A stretch of DNA of 64,000 nt from Mobula hypostoma (GCF_963921235.1 NC_086097.1:237028001-237092000); one strand, 5' to 3'; positions 26,160 through 39,051 are shown, counted from the first letter of the stretch. Numbers and translations: made by a program. Notes: generated by a model from the sequence alone, not told the origin.

Positions 26160-27490
26160 GATAGAAACATCGAAAACCTACAATACAGGCTCTTCGACCC
26201 ACAAACCTGTGCCGAACTTGTCCTTAACTTAGAAATTACCTAGGGTTACCCATAGCCCTCTATTTTTCTGAGCTCCATGTACCTATCCAGGAGTCTCTTA
26301 AAAGACCCTATCGTATTTGCCTCTATCACTGTCGCCGGCAGCCCATTCCACGTATTCACCACTCTCTGTGTAAAAAAACTTACCCCTGACATCTTCTCTG
26401 AGCCTTCTTCCAAGCATTATGCCCTCTCATGCTAGCCATTTCAGCCCTGGGAAAAAAGCCTCTGACAATTCACATGATCAGTGCCTCTCATCATCTTATG
26501 CACCTCTATCAGGTCACCTCTCATCCTCTGCCGCTTCAAGGAAAAAAGGCTGAGTTCACTCAATCTATTCTCATAAGGCATGCTCCTCAATCCAGGCAAC
26601 ATCCTTGTAAATCTCCTCTGCACACTTTCTATGGTTTCCACATCCTTCCTAAAGCGAGGCGACCACAACTGAGCACAGTACTCCAAGTGGGGTCTGACCA
26701 GGGTCCTATATTGCTGCAACATTACCTCTTGGATCCTAAACTCAATCCCACGTTTGATGAAGGCCAATGCACTGTATGCTTTCTTAACCACAGTCAATCC
26801 GCGCAGCAGCTTTGAGTGTCCTATAGACTCGGACCCCAAGATCCCTCTGATCCTCCACATTGCCAAGAGTCTTACCATTAATACTATATTCTGTCATCAT
26901 ATTTGACCAACCAAAATGAACCACCTCACACTTATCTGGGCTGAACTCCATCTGCCACTTCTCAGCCCAGTTTTGCATCCTATCAATGTCCCACTGTAAC
27001 CTCTGATAGCCCTCCACACCATCCACAACACCTCCAACCTTTGTGTCATCAGCAAATTTACTAACCCATCCCTCCACTTCCTCATCCGGGTCATTTATAC
27101 AAATCATGAAGTGTAGGGTTCTCAGAACAGATCACTGAGGCACTCCACTGGTGACTGACCTCCATGCAGAATATGACCCATCTACAACCACTCTTTGCCT
27201 TCTGTGGGCAAGCCAGTTCTGGATCCACAAAGCAATGTCCCCTTGGATCCCATGCCTCCTTACTTTCTCAATAAGCCATGCCTGAGGTACCTTGTCAAAT
27301 GCCTTGCTGAAATCCATATACACTACATCTACTACTCTACCTTCATCAATGTGTTTAGTCACATCCTCAGAAAATTCAATCAGGCTTGTAAGGCACAACC
27401 TGCCTTTAACAAAGCCATGCTGACTATTCCTAATCACATTATGCCTCTTCGAATGTTCATAAATCCTGCCTCTCAGGATCTTCTCCATCA
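26160..27490 (-). mobile_element. CR1 LINE 3' fragment
   Basis: SQHGFVKGR, YMDFSKAFDKVP, SKFADDTKVGG, LVRPHLEYCAQLWSP; frameshifted. Confidence 0.9.
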
Positions 27491-27799
27491 AATAACCAAC
27501 TTACCAACTTACGATCTTGCACTTTATTGTTCACCTGCATTGCACTCTGCCTGTGGCTGTTACACATTAGTCTGCATTGTTATTGTTTTACCTTGCTCTT
27601 CCTCACTGCACTGTGTAATGATTTGATCTCAATGAACAATAAGTGAGACAATCTTTTCACTGGATTTTGGTTCGTAACAATGATAAACCAATTCTGATTC
27701 CATCCTATCAATACTACTGGAATGGCAAATAGAATGACTATTCTATTCTGATTGACACTTCCTCAAAAAATTCAATAAATTTGTCCTATATAGTATAAG

Positions 27800-28078
27800 G
27801 TGGGATGGTAGCTTGGTGGTTAGCACAATGCTTTACAGTACAGGTGTCCCGTGTTCAATTCCTGCCACCCTACTGTAAGAAGCTTGTACGTTCTACCCAT
27901 GACTGCATGTTTTCCTCTGGGTGCTCCAGCTTCCTCCCACAGTCCAAAGACATGTAGGTTAGTTGGTCATTGTAAATTGTCCCACGATTATGCTAGGATT
28001 AAATCAGGGTTGGTGGGCAGTGTAGCTTGAAGGGCCAGAAGGTCCTACTCTGTACTGTATTTTAATTAAAAAAAATAA
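27800..28078 (+). mobile_element. V-SINE (HE1-like)
   Basis: gtggttagcacaatgctttacagt..gttcaattcc..ttcctcccacagtccaaaga..ttggtcattgtaaattgtcc. Confidence 0.75.
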
Positions 28079-28921
28079 ATGTGGTGTTATTCAACTGAGC
28101 TTCTAGGCCGAGTAGTCCATTGAAACTAACTAGCAACATCACTGAAAAGCCTTTGCATTCCATAACAAAATGAGTCATCTATTTGTAACACTACAAAGAT
28201 AGCAGTACACTGAACGGTAATATCCTCATTTTGTATAAGGTCATTTAAACACGCAACATAATAATTTTTCACAATACGCCTCTCATAAGTGCACTATAAT
28301 TGTCACCACGATCGCAACTGCCAACATCACACAATGGGTAGGAGTATAAACTCGCAGAGCTTTGGACATCAAAGTCGGGTTTGATTATTTCCAGAAAAGG
28401 ACTTTTTATGTCTCTCTTGTAGGCATCAATTGCATGGGATGTTTTTTTTAGTGTGATACATGGAGATCTGCTCTTGAAGTGCCTGTACATGAATTGGCAC
28501 TGTGATCGCACTCCAGTGGAGTGCTCTGCAACATTAAACTCTGTCCAAACGACAAAAGTAGTTGTGTTTATATAATGCACGATCAATCGCTACCTGATAA
28601 ATGGCAAAGGCTCAGCAATGTGGCCACTAGCATTGGCATTCAACATGATAGGTGAAGCAGAAATAAAATTACATTTAACTATATTGAGGCCTGAGGGCTT
28701 ACACTGTCAAAGGCTCGCAGGGGATAAAGTACAGCAGACATGATCCAAATGTTTAAAGTGCTGAGGGAAATAAATAATGCTAATGAAATGAAGATATTCA
28801 ACACAACACAAAAGGCCTAGAACATCCACCCAAAATTACATGAATGGGATCTCATTTTCACTATTGACGTCCACCTTGTTTCCTACTTCGCTGTGTTCTT
28901 TCCCATCTCCAGCTCCATCCC

Positions 28922-29300
28922 CAGGGTGGGGATATGTTTCTACCAAAGGAGGTGTGAGGCTCTCCTTACCCCTGCTAGCTTGCAAGTCACCCTTGGGCAA
29001 AGTGTAGCACCTGCTTTGTTCCCCCCACCACTCGATCAGGGTCATGTGACGCCACGGGAGCAGGTGGTGGATGGTTGTGTGAGCAGCTGGTGCCTATCAC
29101 AAGTCATGGTTATGCGACCACTGATGCCAGGCAGACAGTCTCTGAAGAGTATTGATAATGGCTGGGGTCACCCGTTTTGTAAAGACACGGCCCAGAAGTA
29201 GGCAACATTTCTACACTTCTGTAGAAAAATTTGTTAAGAACAATCAAGGCCAATGATCGCACACGTGTTACGGCACAGCACATACTGATGATGATGATGA
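28922..29300 (+). mobile_element. SINE-like element with RTE/Bov-B-like tail; other copies at about 1365-1713 (-) and 24945-25268 (-)
   Basis: Three homologous copies sharing ggcaatggcaaaccacttctgtagaaaaatttgccaagaacaa-like sequence; (TGA)n end. Confidence 0.7.
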
Positions 29301-29512
29301 CTCCCTTGGTCCATCTCCCCTACTTATACTGATGATGAAGATGATGACTCCCTCTGTCCATCTCCCCTACCTATACTGATGATGATGATGACTCCCTCGG
29401 TCCATCTCCCCTACCTATACTGAAGATGAAGATGGTGACTCCCTCTGTCCATCTCCCCTACCTATACTGATGATGATGATGACTCCCTCTGTCCATCTGC
29501 CCTACCTATACT
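29282..29512. repeat. Tandem repeat, 5 units of 44/47/44/47/44 bp
   Basis: atact(gat)ngactccctctgtccatctcccctacct units starting 29282, 29326, 29373, 29417, 29464. Confidence 0.95.
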
Positions 29513-31300
29513 CCCTGCTTCTCATTTTCTTGTGACCTTCTTTACCCTTCTGACACTCTGATTTTAAACACAGCTTGGCTTGGGAGTCAAGAGGGAAGAA
29601 CCTGGCTTTGAATGTCTGTCTACAACAGGAGGAAGATGATCTCAACTAGAAGGAAAGACACTGCTCAATAAAACATAGAACATGGAACTCTACAGCAGAG
29701 CACAGGCCTTTCGGCCCATGCCAACCTTTTAACTTACTCTAAGATCAATCTAACCCTCCTCCATACCCCTCTATTTCCTGTCATCCATCCGCTTATTTAA
29801 ACGTTTCTTAAATATCCCTAATGTATCTGCCTCTACCTCCGATTTCAGTAGTGTTTTCCATATACCCATCACACTCTGTGTCAAAAACATGCCTTTGATA
29901 TTCTCCCCCATCTTTTCCCCCAACCACCTTAAAGTTATGCTTGTCTGCATTAGCCATTTCCGCCCTGGGAAAAAGTCTACGGCTATGCACTCAGTCTATA
30001 CCTCTTATCTTGAACACCTGCATGACGTCACTTTCATTCTCTTTTGTTCCAATGAGAAACGTCCCAGCTCACTGAACTCATCCTCACGAGACACTTGAAG
30101 AAATGTGAAGATGCCTCAGTGCGCTCCAGGACAGAGCAGGGACAGTGGTACATAGAGCAGGAAAGAGGAACTGAGGGAAAATGGGGTGAGGAGGTTTTAG
30201 TTAAGATCATGGTGGTTGGATGGAGGGATAGATAAAAGGAAGAGAGAGAATAAATGGGAAAGGAAGTGAGAGGGAGTCAAGAGGAAAGAAGAGGGAAAAG
30301 TTGAGGAGAGCATGAACAGAGGAGGAAATGAGAGGACATCAAACAACCGGAAACAGCAGAGGAGCTGGCCCTTATGGGGACGATGTGGTGCAGCATCCAA
30401 GTTGGAGTCAAGCTACCCTGCTGTCTTCACTCAGCAGAAGACAAGCCATATTGTGCTTGACTGCAAACTGCAGCCACATTCATTATCTCAGGATCTTAGA
30501 CTGTATTTTTTTGTGTGACTGCACTTTGTTGATATCTTAAATGTGCTTGCTATCTTACTGTATGTGTGCTACATGTGCCTTGTGCTGTGTATGAGTGTTC
30601 GTATGGTGTTTTTCACCTTGGCCTAACCTGAATACACCAAAAGTAGATGACTTTCTTAAGCACTTTAATTAATGTGACTAGACTGAAGCAGAGCGGTCTA
30701 AGAACTGGGAACGCCATCTGTGTTTTAGTTGCTTTAAATATCTGAAGCTGAGTACCATGCAGCATTCATGAATACAGTGAAGATCATTTCAGGAAACCAA
30801 ACGCAAATTGAGAAATTGTTAAGAAATGCTTGCATGTCTGTTTCTAATTGTGTTTCTTCTTGTAAGAACTGTGTATAATTTATGTCCACTGCACGTTTTT
30901 CTTGTGAAAGCGACTCATACAATGTTATGTACCAGTGATGCTGCTGGAGGTAAGCCTTTCATGGTCTGCTGAAGGCATTTGGGAGATCGAAACCTAAAGG
31001 TTGATCGGAAGTCCGTAAATCGAAGCCCAATGACAAAAGCTCTGGGTCTGGAAGTCTGCGAGTCCGCTGGGAATGTCAGCAGGGGCCTGTTGTCCATGAG
31101 CCTGCTGGAGGTCTGTCTCTTTGGTCTGTGAGTGGGCTTGTTTCACTGTGGTTTCTTTGCTGTTTGCTGTGTTGTTCTGCTGAGGATTGCAGGCATGCTA
31201 TGTTGGTGCGTAATGTGTGGCGACACTTGTGGGCTCCCCCCCCTCAGCACATGCTTAGGTTGTGTTGGTTATAAATGCAAATGATGCATTTCACTGAATG

Positions 31301-31816
31301 TGTCACAACGCTTTTAAAAAGGGGCATTTTTTTGTCAGTTAGTAGGTGGACCGTTTTTTCTCAGTGTCACCTCATGCGTATACTTTGTCCTTGGATTGTT
31401 TACCTGTTGCGTTTAATTGTTTGTCTTTGCACCAGCTCTGGGTTTTCACTTTGTTTTGCAGGTGTCTCATTTGGGATCATGGGGATTGTTAAACTCTCCG
31501 TGTACTTATCACTTTTATTTCATTTGGGATAATTTAATTAGCACGTTGTTTTCAATGTCCGGAATTCCTACATGCTCCAGGGTGTATTTCTGGGGGGCAT
31601 ACCAACATTCTGTTGGGTCATTGTGGTTCCTTGTCGGGTGCAACTCTGACCGAGTTCTTCTGTGCATTATCGGTGATTTCTGTTCATCAAGATTCTGTTT
31701 AGTTTGCCAGAGCTCTTGTTAGTTTTTCAAGTTAATTTATGTAAAAATCTTTAGTTTTGTTTGAATTGCCGAAGACTCTGTGATTCCTGCACTTGAGTTT
31801 GCCAGTGATCCTCACA
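31301..31816. mobile_element. Probable solo LTR, 516 bp
   Basis: TGTCA...TCACA termini, flanks GAATG/GTATG (5 bp, 1 mismatch); host repeat tail rejoins as catttcactgtatgttttgat (compare 47944-47965). Confidence 0.6.
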
Positions 31817-33169
31817 GTATGTTTTGATATACATGTGATAAATAAATGAATCTGAATCTGAGTTGGGACCTGAGGTTAAAAGTTCCTCACACGTGGGCCT
31901 AAGTTCTTCCTTTTATTTTTATATAAAACGGTCATTAAATTACTAATCCGTGATCAATCTAACCCTTCCTTCCTACACACTATAACTCTACTTTTTTCTT
32001 ACATCCACATGCCTATCTAAGAGTCTTTTAAATGCCCCTATTACATCAGACTACCACAGACCTAATAAACAAAACTTTTGGTTTACAGAGCAGTTGTCCT
32101 CCCTACATGACTGTACTGAGTTGAATCATGGACCACCTACTGTTGGCACCTGAAAGTCCTGGAACAACACCATCAAAGACCCTTATGAAGGATTTTGAGG
32201 ATCACCTGGAAGGTCAGATGTGTTAGCACCTGCTTAATGGAGGAGGCCACCATGAACAGCATCTCCATCACAATAAAGTAACAACAATTCCGATGGATAG
32301 GTTATGTCACCCAGATAGCTAACATATGTCTCTCTAAACAGATCCTTACATTCCCAAGTGAATAAAGGTCAGTGAGCCCTGGGAGGCAAAGGAAAGTCTT
32401 CAAAGATACTATCAGCCTGAAGGAATTTAACATTACATCTAAAATCTAGGAAGACATTGCACTCAAAAGTTGTACCTGGAGGAAATTTGTTCAAGATGGA
32501 GCTACGCTGCATGAGTACAGCCTCCGCTGTGCCACAGAGAACAAGCGGCAGCTGTGAAGTGAGACTGAACCCAACCACTAACCACAGCCGCCATTCACTA
32601 TTGCTCGCACTGTGCCAGAACATGGGGAGCTTGGCTCAGCCACTGGAGAACTCATCAGCAGACTATCCTTTAGGAGAACGTCATCCCACCATCAACTGCA
32701 GTGCATTGCAGGAACCCACCACTCTCTGTGTAAAAATCCTTCCGCTGACATCTCTGAACGTGATCCCACTTACCATAAATGGATGGCTTTTGGGTGTGGA
32801 GAGGTTGTCCTATTATGTGGAAGAATATAGAACTATTTAAAAATGATTGATTGGCCATACCGGGCAGAAATGAGGTGATTTTATTTTTCTCTCAGTCATG
32901 ATGCAAATATTTCAAATTGCTTGTTGTTCTTTCATTTCCCTTAGTTACAAACTAATCTCACATATGAAACAAATTTCACAACATAAGCCAGTGATATTGA
33001 TTCAGATTCTGATTCTGCTTTAGATTTCAAACTAAAACAATTGCGAAAATCACACCAGGAAAAAGGATCAATGCATTTAACATTGATCTGATAAATATCC
33101 TTCAATTTCTTGATTAAAAAGCAATTTTGTTTGCCCAACAGGTCATCACAGAATTTCCAGTATCTGATT

Positions 33170-34205
33170 GAACATGATTACTGTTGCAAAGCTATCTGCA
33201 ATTGGCAATTACAGTTCGGCGCTCAATGTGATCATCCCCTCAATATTTATCACCGAGCTTCTAAATCTGGGTCTCTGCTGGATCCATCATTTCCTCATTG
33301 GGAGTCTATTGTCAGTACCAATTGGTGATAACATCTCGCTGACAATCAATACAAGCACATGTCAAGGATACGTGCTTAGTCCACTGCTCTACAGCCCTGA
33401 CACTCATGATTGTGTAGCTAAGCTCAAACAACAACTATTGCTGGAAAAATCTCAGATAGTGACGAGGTGGTGCTCAGGAGTGGTTGAGTGGTGTGACAAT
33501 AAGCTCACACCAGTATCAGCAAGGCCAAGGAATTGATTGTGGACTACAGGAAGAGGAAGTTGGGAGAACATATACCAGTCCTCATGAGTGGTCAATGGTG
33601 AAAAGGGTGAGTAGCTTTAAGTGCTGATAAAGGGTCTCGGTCTGAAATGTCGACTGTTTACTCTTTTCCATAGATGCTGCCTGGCCTGCTGAGTTCCTCC
33701 AGCATTGTGTATGTGTTGCTTGGATTTCCAGCATCTGCAGATTCTCTCTTATTTGTGAGCAGCTTTAAATTCTGGATGTCAACATCTCGGAGGGTCTATC
33801 CTGGGGCCAACACATTGATGCAGTCGCGTAGAAGGCATACCACTGACTCCACTTCATTATGAATTTGAAAAGACTTGGGATATTGCCAAAGACTGTTGCA
33901 AACTTCGACAACTGTATAGTAGGGAACATTCCGAATGGTTGCATCAGAGCCTGATATGGAGATCTCAATGCACAGGATCACAAGAGGCTGTAGAGGGTTG
34001 TAGGCTCTGCCAGATCCATCGTGGGAACACTCCTCCCGACATCAAGGCCGTCTTTAAGAGGCAATGCTTCAAGAAGCCAGTATTCATAATTACCATCCCA
34101 GGCAATTCCCCCTTCTCATTACGACCATCAGGAAGGAGGAGGTACAGGAATCTGAAGACACACTCTCAACAGTGCAGAAATAGTTTCTTCCCCTTCGCCA
34201 TCACA
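33170..34205 (+). mobile_element. Decayed Rex1/Babar-like LINE fragment
   Basis: QGYVLSPLLYS, FSLRPSGRRRYR; homologous to 120-1045. Confidence 0.7.
33621..33754 (+). mobile_element. Solo older PLE tail with decayed hammerhead, inserted in a Rex1-like LINE
   Basis: gtgctgataaagggtctcggtctgaaatgtcgact...gcatctgcagattctctc; TSD GTGAG(T/C)AGCTTTAA at 33607-33620 and 33755-33768. Confidence 0.8.
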
Positions 34206-34294
34206 CATGTACGGTACCTCTTGATTCCTTTTTTGAACTACTCATTTAATTTGAAAATTTATAGCAGTTTTAAGTATTTGCTGCAAAACAACAT

Positions 34295-34585
34295 ATTTAT
34301 TTAATTATTGAGATACAGCATGGAATAGGGCCTCTCAACCCTTCAAGCTGTGCTGCCCAGCAATCCCCCAATTTAATCCTAGCCTAATCACAGGACAATT
34401 TACAATGACCAAATAACCTACTAACCAGTAGGTCTTTGGACTGTGGGAGGAAACCAGAGCAGCTGGAGGAAACCCATGCGCTTACGTCGAAAATGTACAA
34501 CTCCTTAAAGGGGGTGACGGGAATTGAACCCTGGGTCGCTGGTACTGTAAAGTGTTCTTCTAACCACTATGCTACCGTGCCACCT
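34295..34585 (-). mobile_element. V-SINE (HE1-like)
   Basis: Reverse complement of the 27800 family. Confidence 0.75.
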
Positions 34586-35447
34586 TCCCGAAGTCCACAA
34601 TCAGTTCCTTGGCCTTGCCGACATGGAGTGTGGGGTCGTTGTTGTGACACCACTCAACCAGCTGATCTATCTCACTCCTGTACACCTCCACGTCACCATC
34701 TAAGATTTTACCAACAACAGTGGTGTCACCTGTGAAATTACAGCTGGCTTTTCAGCTGTGCTTAGCCACACGGTCATAGGTATTAAGATTGTAGAGCAGT
34801 AGGCTACACACACATTCTTGACATGTACCTATGTTGATTTTCATCAAGGAGATGCCATCACTGAGACATACTGACAGTGGACTCCCCATGAGGAATTCGA
34901 GAATCCAGTTTAGATGGAGGCACAGAAGACCAGATTTAGAAGCTTGATGATTCATTTACCACTTTAAACTTTACATTATGTAAGACAATGATAATAATAT
35001 TGATTCTGATTCTTATTCATTAGAAGTGATAAATGAATCTCTAAAGCTACAATACCTGGAAATGTTCTCTGTTTAGGAATGGACAATAAGGATGGCTTGA
35101 ATTAAAGGCAGTGCTCAGTTTATCAAGCAGTAGGTATTAATTTACCAACTAACGTTTGATTGCCAACTTTTGCATGTTGGTTGTTTGTCAGTCTTTGTGT
35201 GCCGTTTTTCATTGATTCTAATGTTCTTTGTTCTGCTCTGAATACCTGCAGGAAGGAATAGAAGTGTAGACTATCTTCTAAATGGAGAGAAAATTCAAAA
35301 ATTTGAGATACAAAGGGACTTGGTAGTCCTCATGCAAGGTTCCCTAAAAGTTAACTTGCAGGTTGAGACTGTAGTGAGGAAGGCAAATGTAATGTTAGCA
35401 TTCATTCCCAGAGGACTAGAATATAAAAACAAGGATATAATGCTGTG

Positions 35448-35674
35448 AACAACAGGAATTCTGCAGATGCTGGAAATTCAAGCAACACACATCAAAGTTG
35501 CTGGTGAATGCGGCAGGCCAGGCAGCATCTGTAGGAAGAGGTGCAGTCGACGTTTCAGGCCGAGACCCTTCGTGCTTAGTCCTGACGAAGGGTCTCGGCC
35601 TGAAACGTCGACTGCACCTCTTCCTACAGATGCTGCCTGGCCTGCTGCGTTCACAGGCAACTTTGATGTGTGTT
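35448..35674. mobile_element. Fold-back insertion of two inverted PLE tails inside a CR1 LINE
   Basis: 91-bp inverted arms 35483-35573 / 35585-35675; TSD GATATAATGCTGTG at 35434-35447 and 35675-35688. Confidence 0.88.
35578..35613 (+). ncRNA. Minimal hammerhead ribozyme motif (identical copy, right arm of fold-back)
   Basis: agtcctgacgaagggtctcggcctgaaacgtcgact, identical to 16331-16366. Confidence 0.78.
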
Positions 35675-36680
35675 GATATAATGCTGTGGCTTTATAAGGC
35701 ACTGGTGAGGCCTCACTTGTAGTATTATGAGCAGTTCTGGGCCCCTTATCTAAGAAAAGATGTGCTGACAATGGAGAGAGGGTTCAGAGGAGGTCACGAG
35801 AATGACTCTGGGGATGAAAAGGTTATCATATCAGGAGCATTTGACATCTCTGGGCCTGTACTCGCTGGAATTTAGAAGATTGAGGGGGTATCTCATTGAA
35901 ACCTATCAAATATCGAAAGGCCAAGATAGACTGGATGTTGCCTATGGTGGGGGAGTTTAACAGCAGAGTGCACAGCCTCAGAGTTGAGGGACATTAATTT
36001 AGAATGGAGATGAGGAGGAATTTCTTTAGCCAGAAGGTGGTGAATCTGTGGAATTTGTTGCCATGGGCGACTATGGAGGCCAGGCCACTGGGAGTATTTA
36101 GGGCGGAGGTTGTAAGCTTTGCTTAGGTTAGTCAGGCTGTGAAATGTTACAGGGAGAAGGCAGGGGAATGGGGTTGAGAGGGAAATGGATCAGCCACGAT
36201 GAAATAACGGAGCAGACTGGATGGGCTGAATACCCTAATTCTGCCTCTATGTTTTATGGTCTTATGGTATAAGAAAATGAATCTCAGGATAGTATATGGT
36301 GACATATGCATATTTTGAGAATAAATTTACTTTGAACTTTGATCTATTTCTCAAACTTCCTGTTGTTAATAAGGCAAGAAGAAATATATTTATTTGAATC
36401 CCTTGTTGAGACCTATTGGAACAACGTTAGGCATTTCCCTATTGTCTAACTACAGTAAAATAACTTTATATAGCATTGCAACTTATTGTTTCCTGGCCAT
36501 TATGATTAATCATTTATCTAACCCAAAAGCAAACGCCCTTCTGGTCTCTCAGAAAGCTTGGTGGCCATCAAAAATATGACCAGCCCAATCTATTAAGCAA
36601 ATTGAGGTTAAATTAAGTCAAGTTCAGTGCTGCAGCTTCTCTTAACAGGGATAATTTTCATACGTATATATCATTCATAC

Positions 36681-36854
36681 CAGAACAGTGAGGCATGGAG
36701 CCACTCCAGTGTCCATTCTTCTGGCAGGTACGTGTTGCAGAGCCAATAAGCATCCTCTTCCCAGCACAGGAGTAGTGAATAGTTGCCCCAAATGTAAACT
36801 TATCACCGGTCAAAATTGCATTTGGCGGAATACCAGGATGGCCACAGTCAACCA
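36681..36854 (-). CDS. CSMD3: CSMD3 coding exon (Sushi domain)
   Basis: 174 bp, cgtag|TG...TCTG|gtatga; LVDCGHPGIPPNAILTGDKFTFGATIHYSCAGKRMLIGSATRTCQKNGHWSGSMPHCS. Confidence 0.94.
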
Positions 36855-37288
36855 CTACGTGAAAGGTATCACAAGATGATTCATAAGGCAGAATTTGCAA
36901 AATTATAATTTCATCTTTATGCTCTTAGTCACATGAAGATTGTGTTGTTGAAATATGAAAGATTTCAGCTTTGATAAATTGCCGGCACTACAGCTTTACA
37001 AATGCTCCACACATATTAAATTCCTGTCTGTTCACGTGAAAAAGACCAATGCAACTTGCCTTGACATAGTCAATTAAATAAATTATACATGAATGTATTA
37101 TAAGCAAACATTGTCAAGGAGTAGATATTATCTTAATGAAACAAAGATAGAATGTGTTCATAAATAATATTTTTAAAATTTAGTTTTAATTCACTTAACT
37201 TTTTTCAGGAAAATACTTATTACAGTGCCTAGTGAATACAGAAAACCAAGCAACCAATAAGATAAATATATTTAACAAAGGTACTTAC

Positions 37289-37474
37289 AGGTACATTGAG
37301 GTAAGGGCTTATCCCAATACCCATTGGACTGGCAAGTCAGCACAGAAGATCCAAACAAAAAGTACCCAGAGTTACAGTCATAATATACCATGGAGCCAAA
37401 GGTGAAATTTCCATATTCTATCTTGCTTTCCCGAATGGAATTTGCAGGAATTCCAGGATCAGAGCAGTTCACCA
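37289..37474 (-). CDS. CSMD3: CSMD3 coding exon (Sushi domain)
   Basis: 186 bp, gttag|TG...ACCT|gtaagt; VVNCSDPGIPANSIRESKIEYGNFTFGSMVYYDCNSGYFLFGSSVLTCQSNGYWDKPLPQCT; the RESKIE.GNFT segment is recalled as CSMD3-like. Confidence 0.94.
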
Positions 37475-37569
37475 CTAACCAATAAAAAAAGAGCAGCAAA
37501 TTAAATATGATTTTAAAGTTCTGAGTAATTTCACAATTTTTCCTTTAGAACATAACTAAGTTTCAACCA

Positions 37570-37799
37570 TAAACTCAAGAAAGTCTGCAGATGCTGGGAA
37601 TCTAAAGCAACGCATACAAAATGCTAGAGGAATCAGCAGGTCGGGCAGCATCTATGGAAATGAACGGACAGTCGATGTTTTGGGCCGAGACCCTGAGCGC
37701 TGAAGAAAAGTCTCGGCCCGAAACATGGACTGCCTATTCATTTTCATACATGCTGCCCGACCTGCTCAGCTCCTTTGGCATTTTGTGTGTGTTGCTTTT
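37570..37799. mobile_element. Older PLE-tail fold-back
   Basis: aagcaacgcatacaaaatgctagagg...gggccgagac / gtctcggccc...ggcattttgtgtgtgttgctt inverted arms. Confidence 0.75.
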
Positions 37800-38968
37800 A
37801 ATTCTCAACCACCTTGCTAGTAAATGATATCTATATTTAGCATTTTTAAACTAGAGTTAGTGATTCAATTTGAAATGACTAAAGTAATGTAATATAGCAT
37901 ATGCATTTTTGTAGGGCCATGCTTCTTCAAATAAATCACTATTTGACTCTGATTTCCTCTCTTCATTTATCTGGAAAGTGATAATGAAGGAAATTCAGAT
38001 AGTGTACGCTTGAAACATTAATTCACATTTGTTGAAAGTAGTTCTTATTTCTCTGATTCTAACCCTACTAAAATAAATGGAGCCAAGCTGGCATAGCTTC
38101 GATTCTTAGATTGGTTTCAAGGGAATGAAAATCTGAAAGACCAGTCACAAAGCACAGAACTTAAATAATCACCAACAAAATGAAATATCCTTTTATTCTT
38201 CACCAATGGCTATTTCTTTGAAATTTAAATATTCTTATTCCCTTTGAAGATGTAAGAAATAAAGCTTGATTTACCATAGCCAGTACTGTAATAAACTGTT
38301 ATTCTACAAATTATGCATGTAATATATTCTGAAACTAAGTAACCAATAAGGTGCTAGATGTTCCTTATTAACCCAGTCTTCTGAATTCAAAATTGCTAAA
38401 TTCAAAAGATTGGAGTTTTTAGCATTCCATTCTGACCATGCTGCATTATTCAAATCATGTCATTCACAAATTCAGTGTATTTTTAGAGTAAAAGCATCAT
38501 TGAAATATTAACGTAGAATTTTTCCATGCAAATGTGTGTGTGGAAAGTTGCTGATCAGTGCAAACAATTGCTATTTCATCCAAGTTTATTTGAACATCAG
38601 TTTGAAGGGTATCTATGTATTATTTCTCACTATTGGAAGCTTACATGTACAAGTCACGAGTGACGGGAGCAAAGGCAATATGTATCTGCATTTTATTCCA
38701 AGTTGAAACAGTAAAGACTTTGCTTCCAATCCTTTGTATACACATATTAAGCTTCTTCAAGTGATCTCAGCAGGTGTTACTCTGTAGTCTCTCACTCTGC
38801 CTAATTATAATGTCACATAGAAATCAGACGTAATGAGGTAGAAATGATTTTTTAAATCTCTGGGATGAAGTATCGTTTTCAAAACTGGTGTTTCCAAATT
38901 CGGCTCAGCAGCAACACCTAACAAAAAAATTGAATTAGAGCTTCCTGAAATTTACTATCCATAATTTA

Positions 38969-39051
38969 CAGTGCGGGTTCCGAACCTTTTTTATGCAATG
39001 GACCAATACCATTAAGGAAGCGGTCCGTGGAGCCCAGGTTGGGAACCACTG
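38969..39051. mobile_element. Short hAT-type MITE
   Basis: CAGTG.GGGTTCCGAACCT ... AGGTTGGGAACCACTG terminal inverted repeats; no clear 8-bp TSD. Confidence 0.55.

Larger units (their letters stand above)
35255..36268 (+). mobile_element. CR1 LINE 3' fragment, host of the fold-back
   Basis: EYKNKDIML / WLYKALVRPHL; 3' tail ttatggtcttatgg. Confidence 0.85.

Noticed and set aside
28269..28586. 105-aa ORF as an extra CSMD3 exon
   Set aside because: No sushi Cys/Trp pattern, and exons 36681 and 18333 already join as consecutive CSMD3 sequence (HCS-GDTVG)
29282..29512. CRISPR-like array
   Set aside because: No unique spacers, units are contiguous, context is eukaryotic and no cas genes are present
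35483..35675. miRNA precursor or classical DNA-transposon MITE
   Set aside because: Arms are PLE 3' tails and the TSD is 14 bp; hairpin shape alone does not support a miRNA
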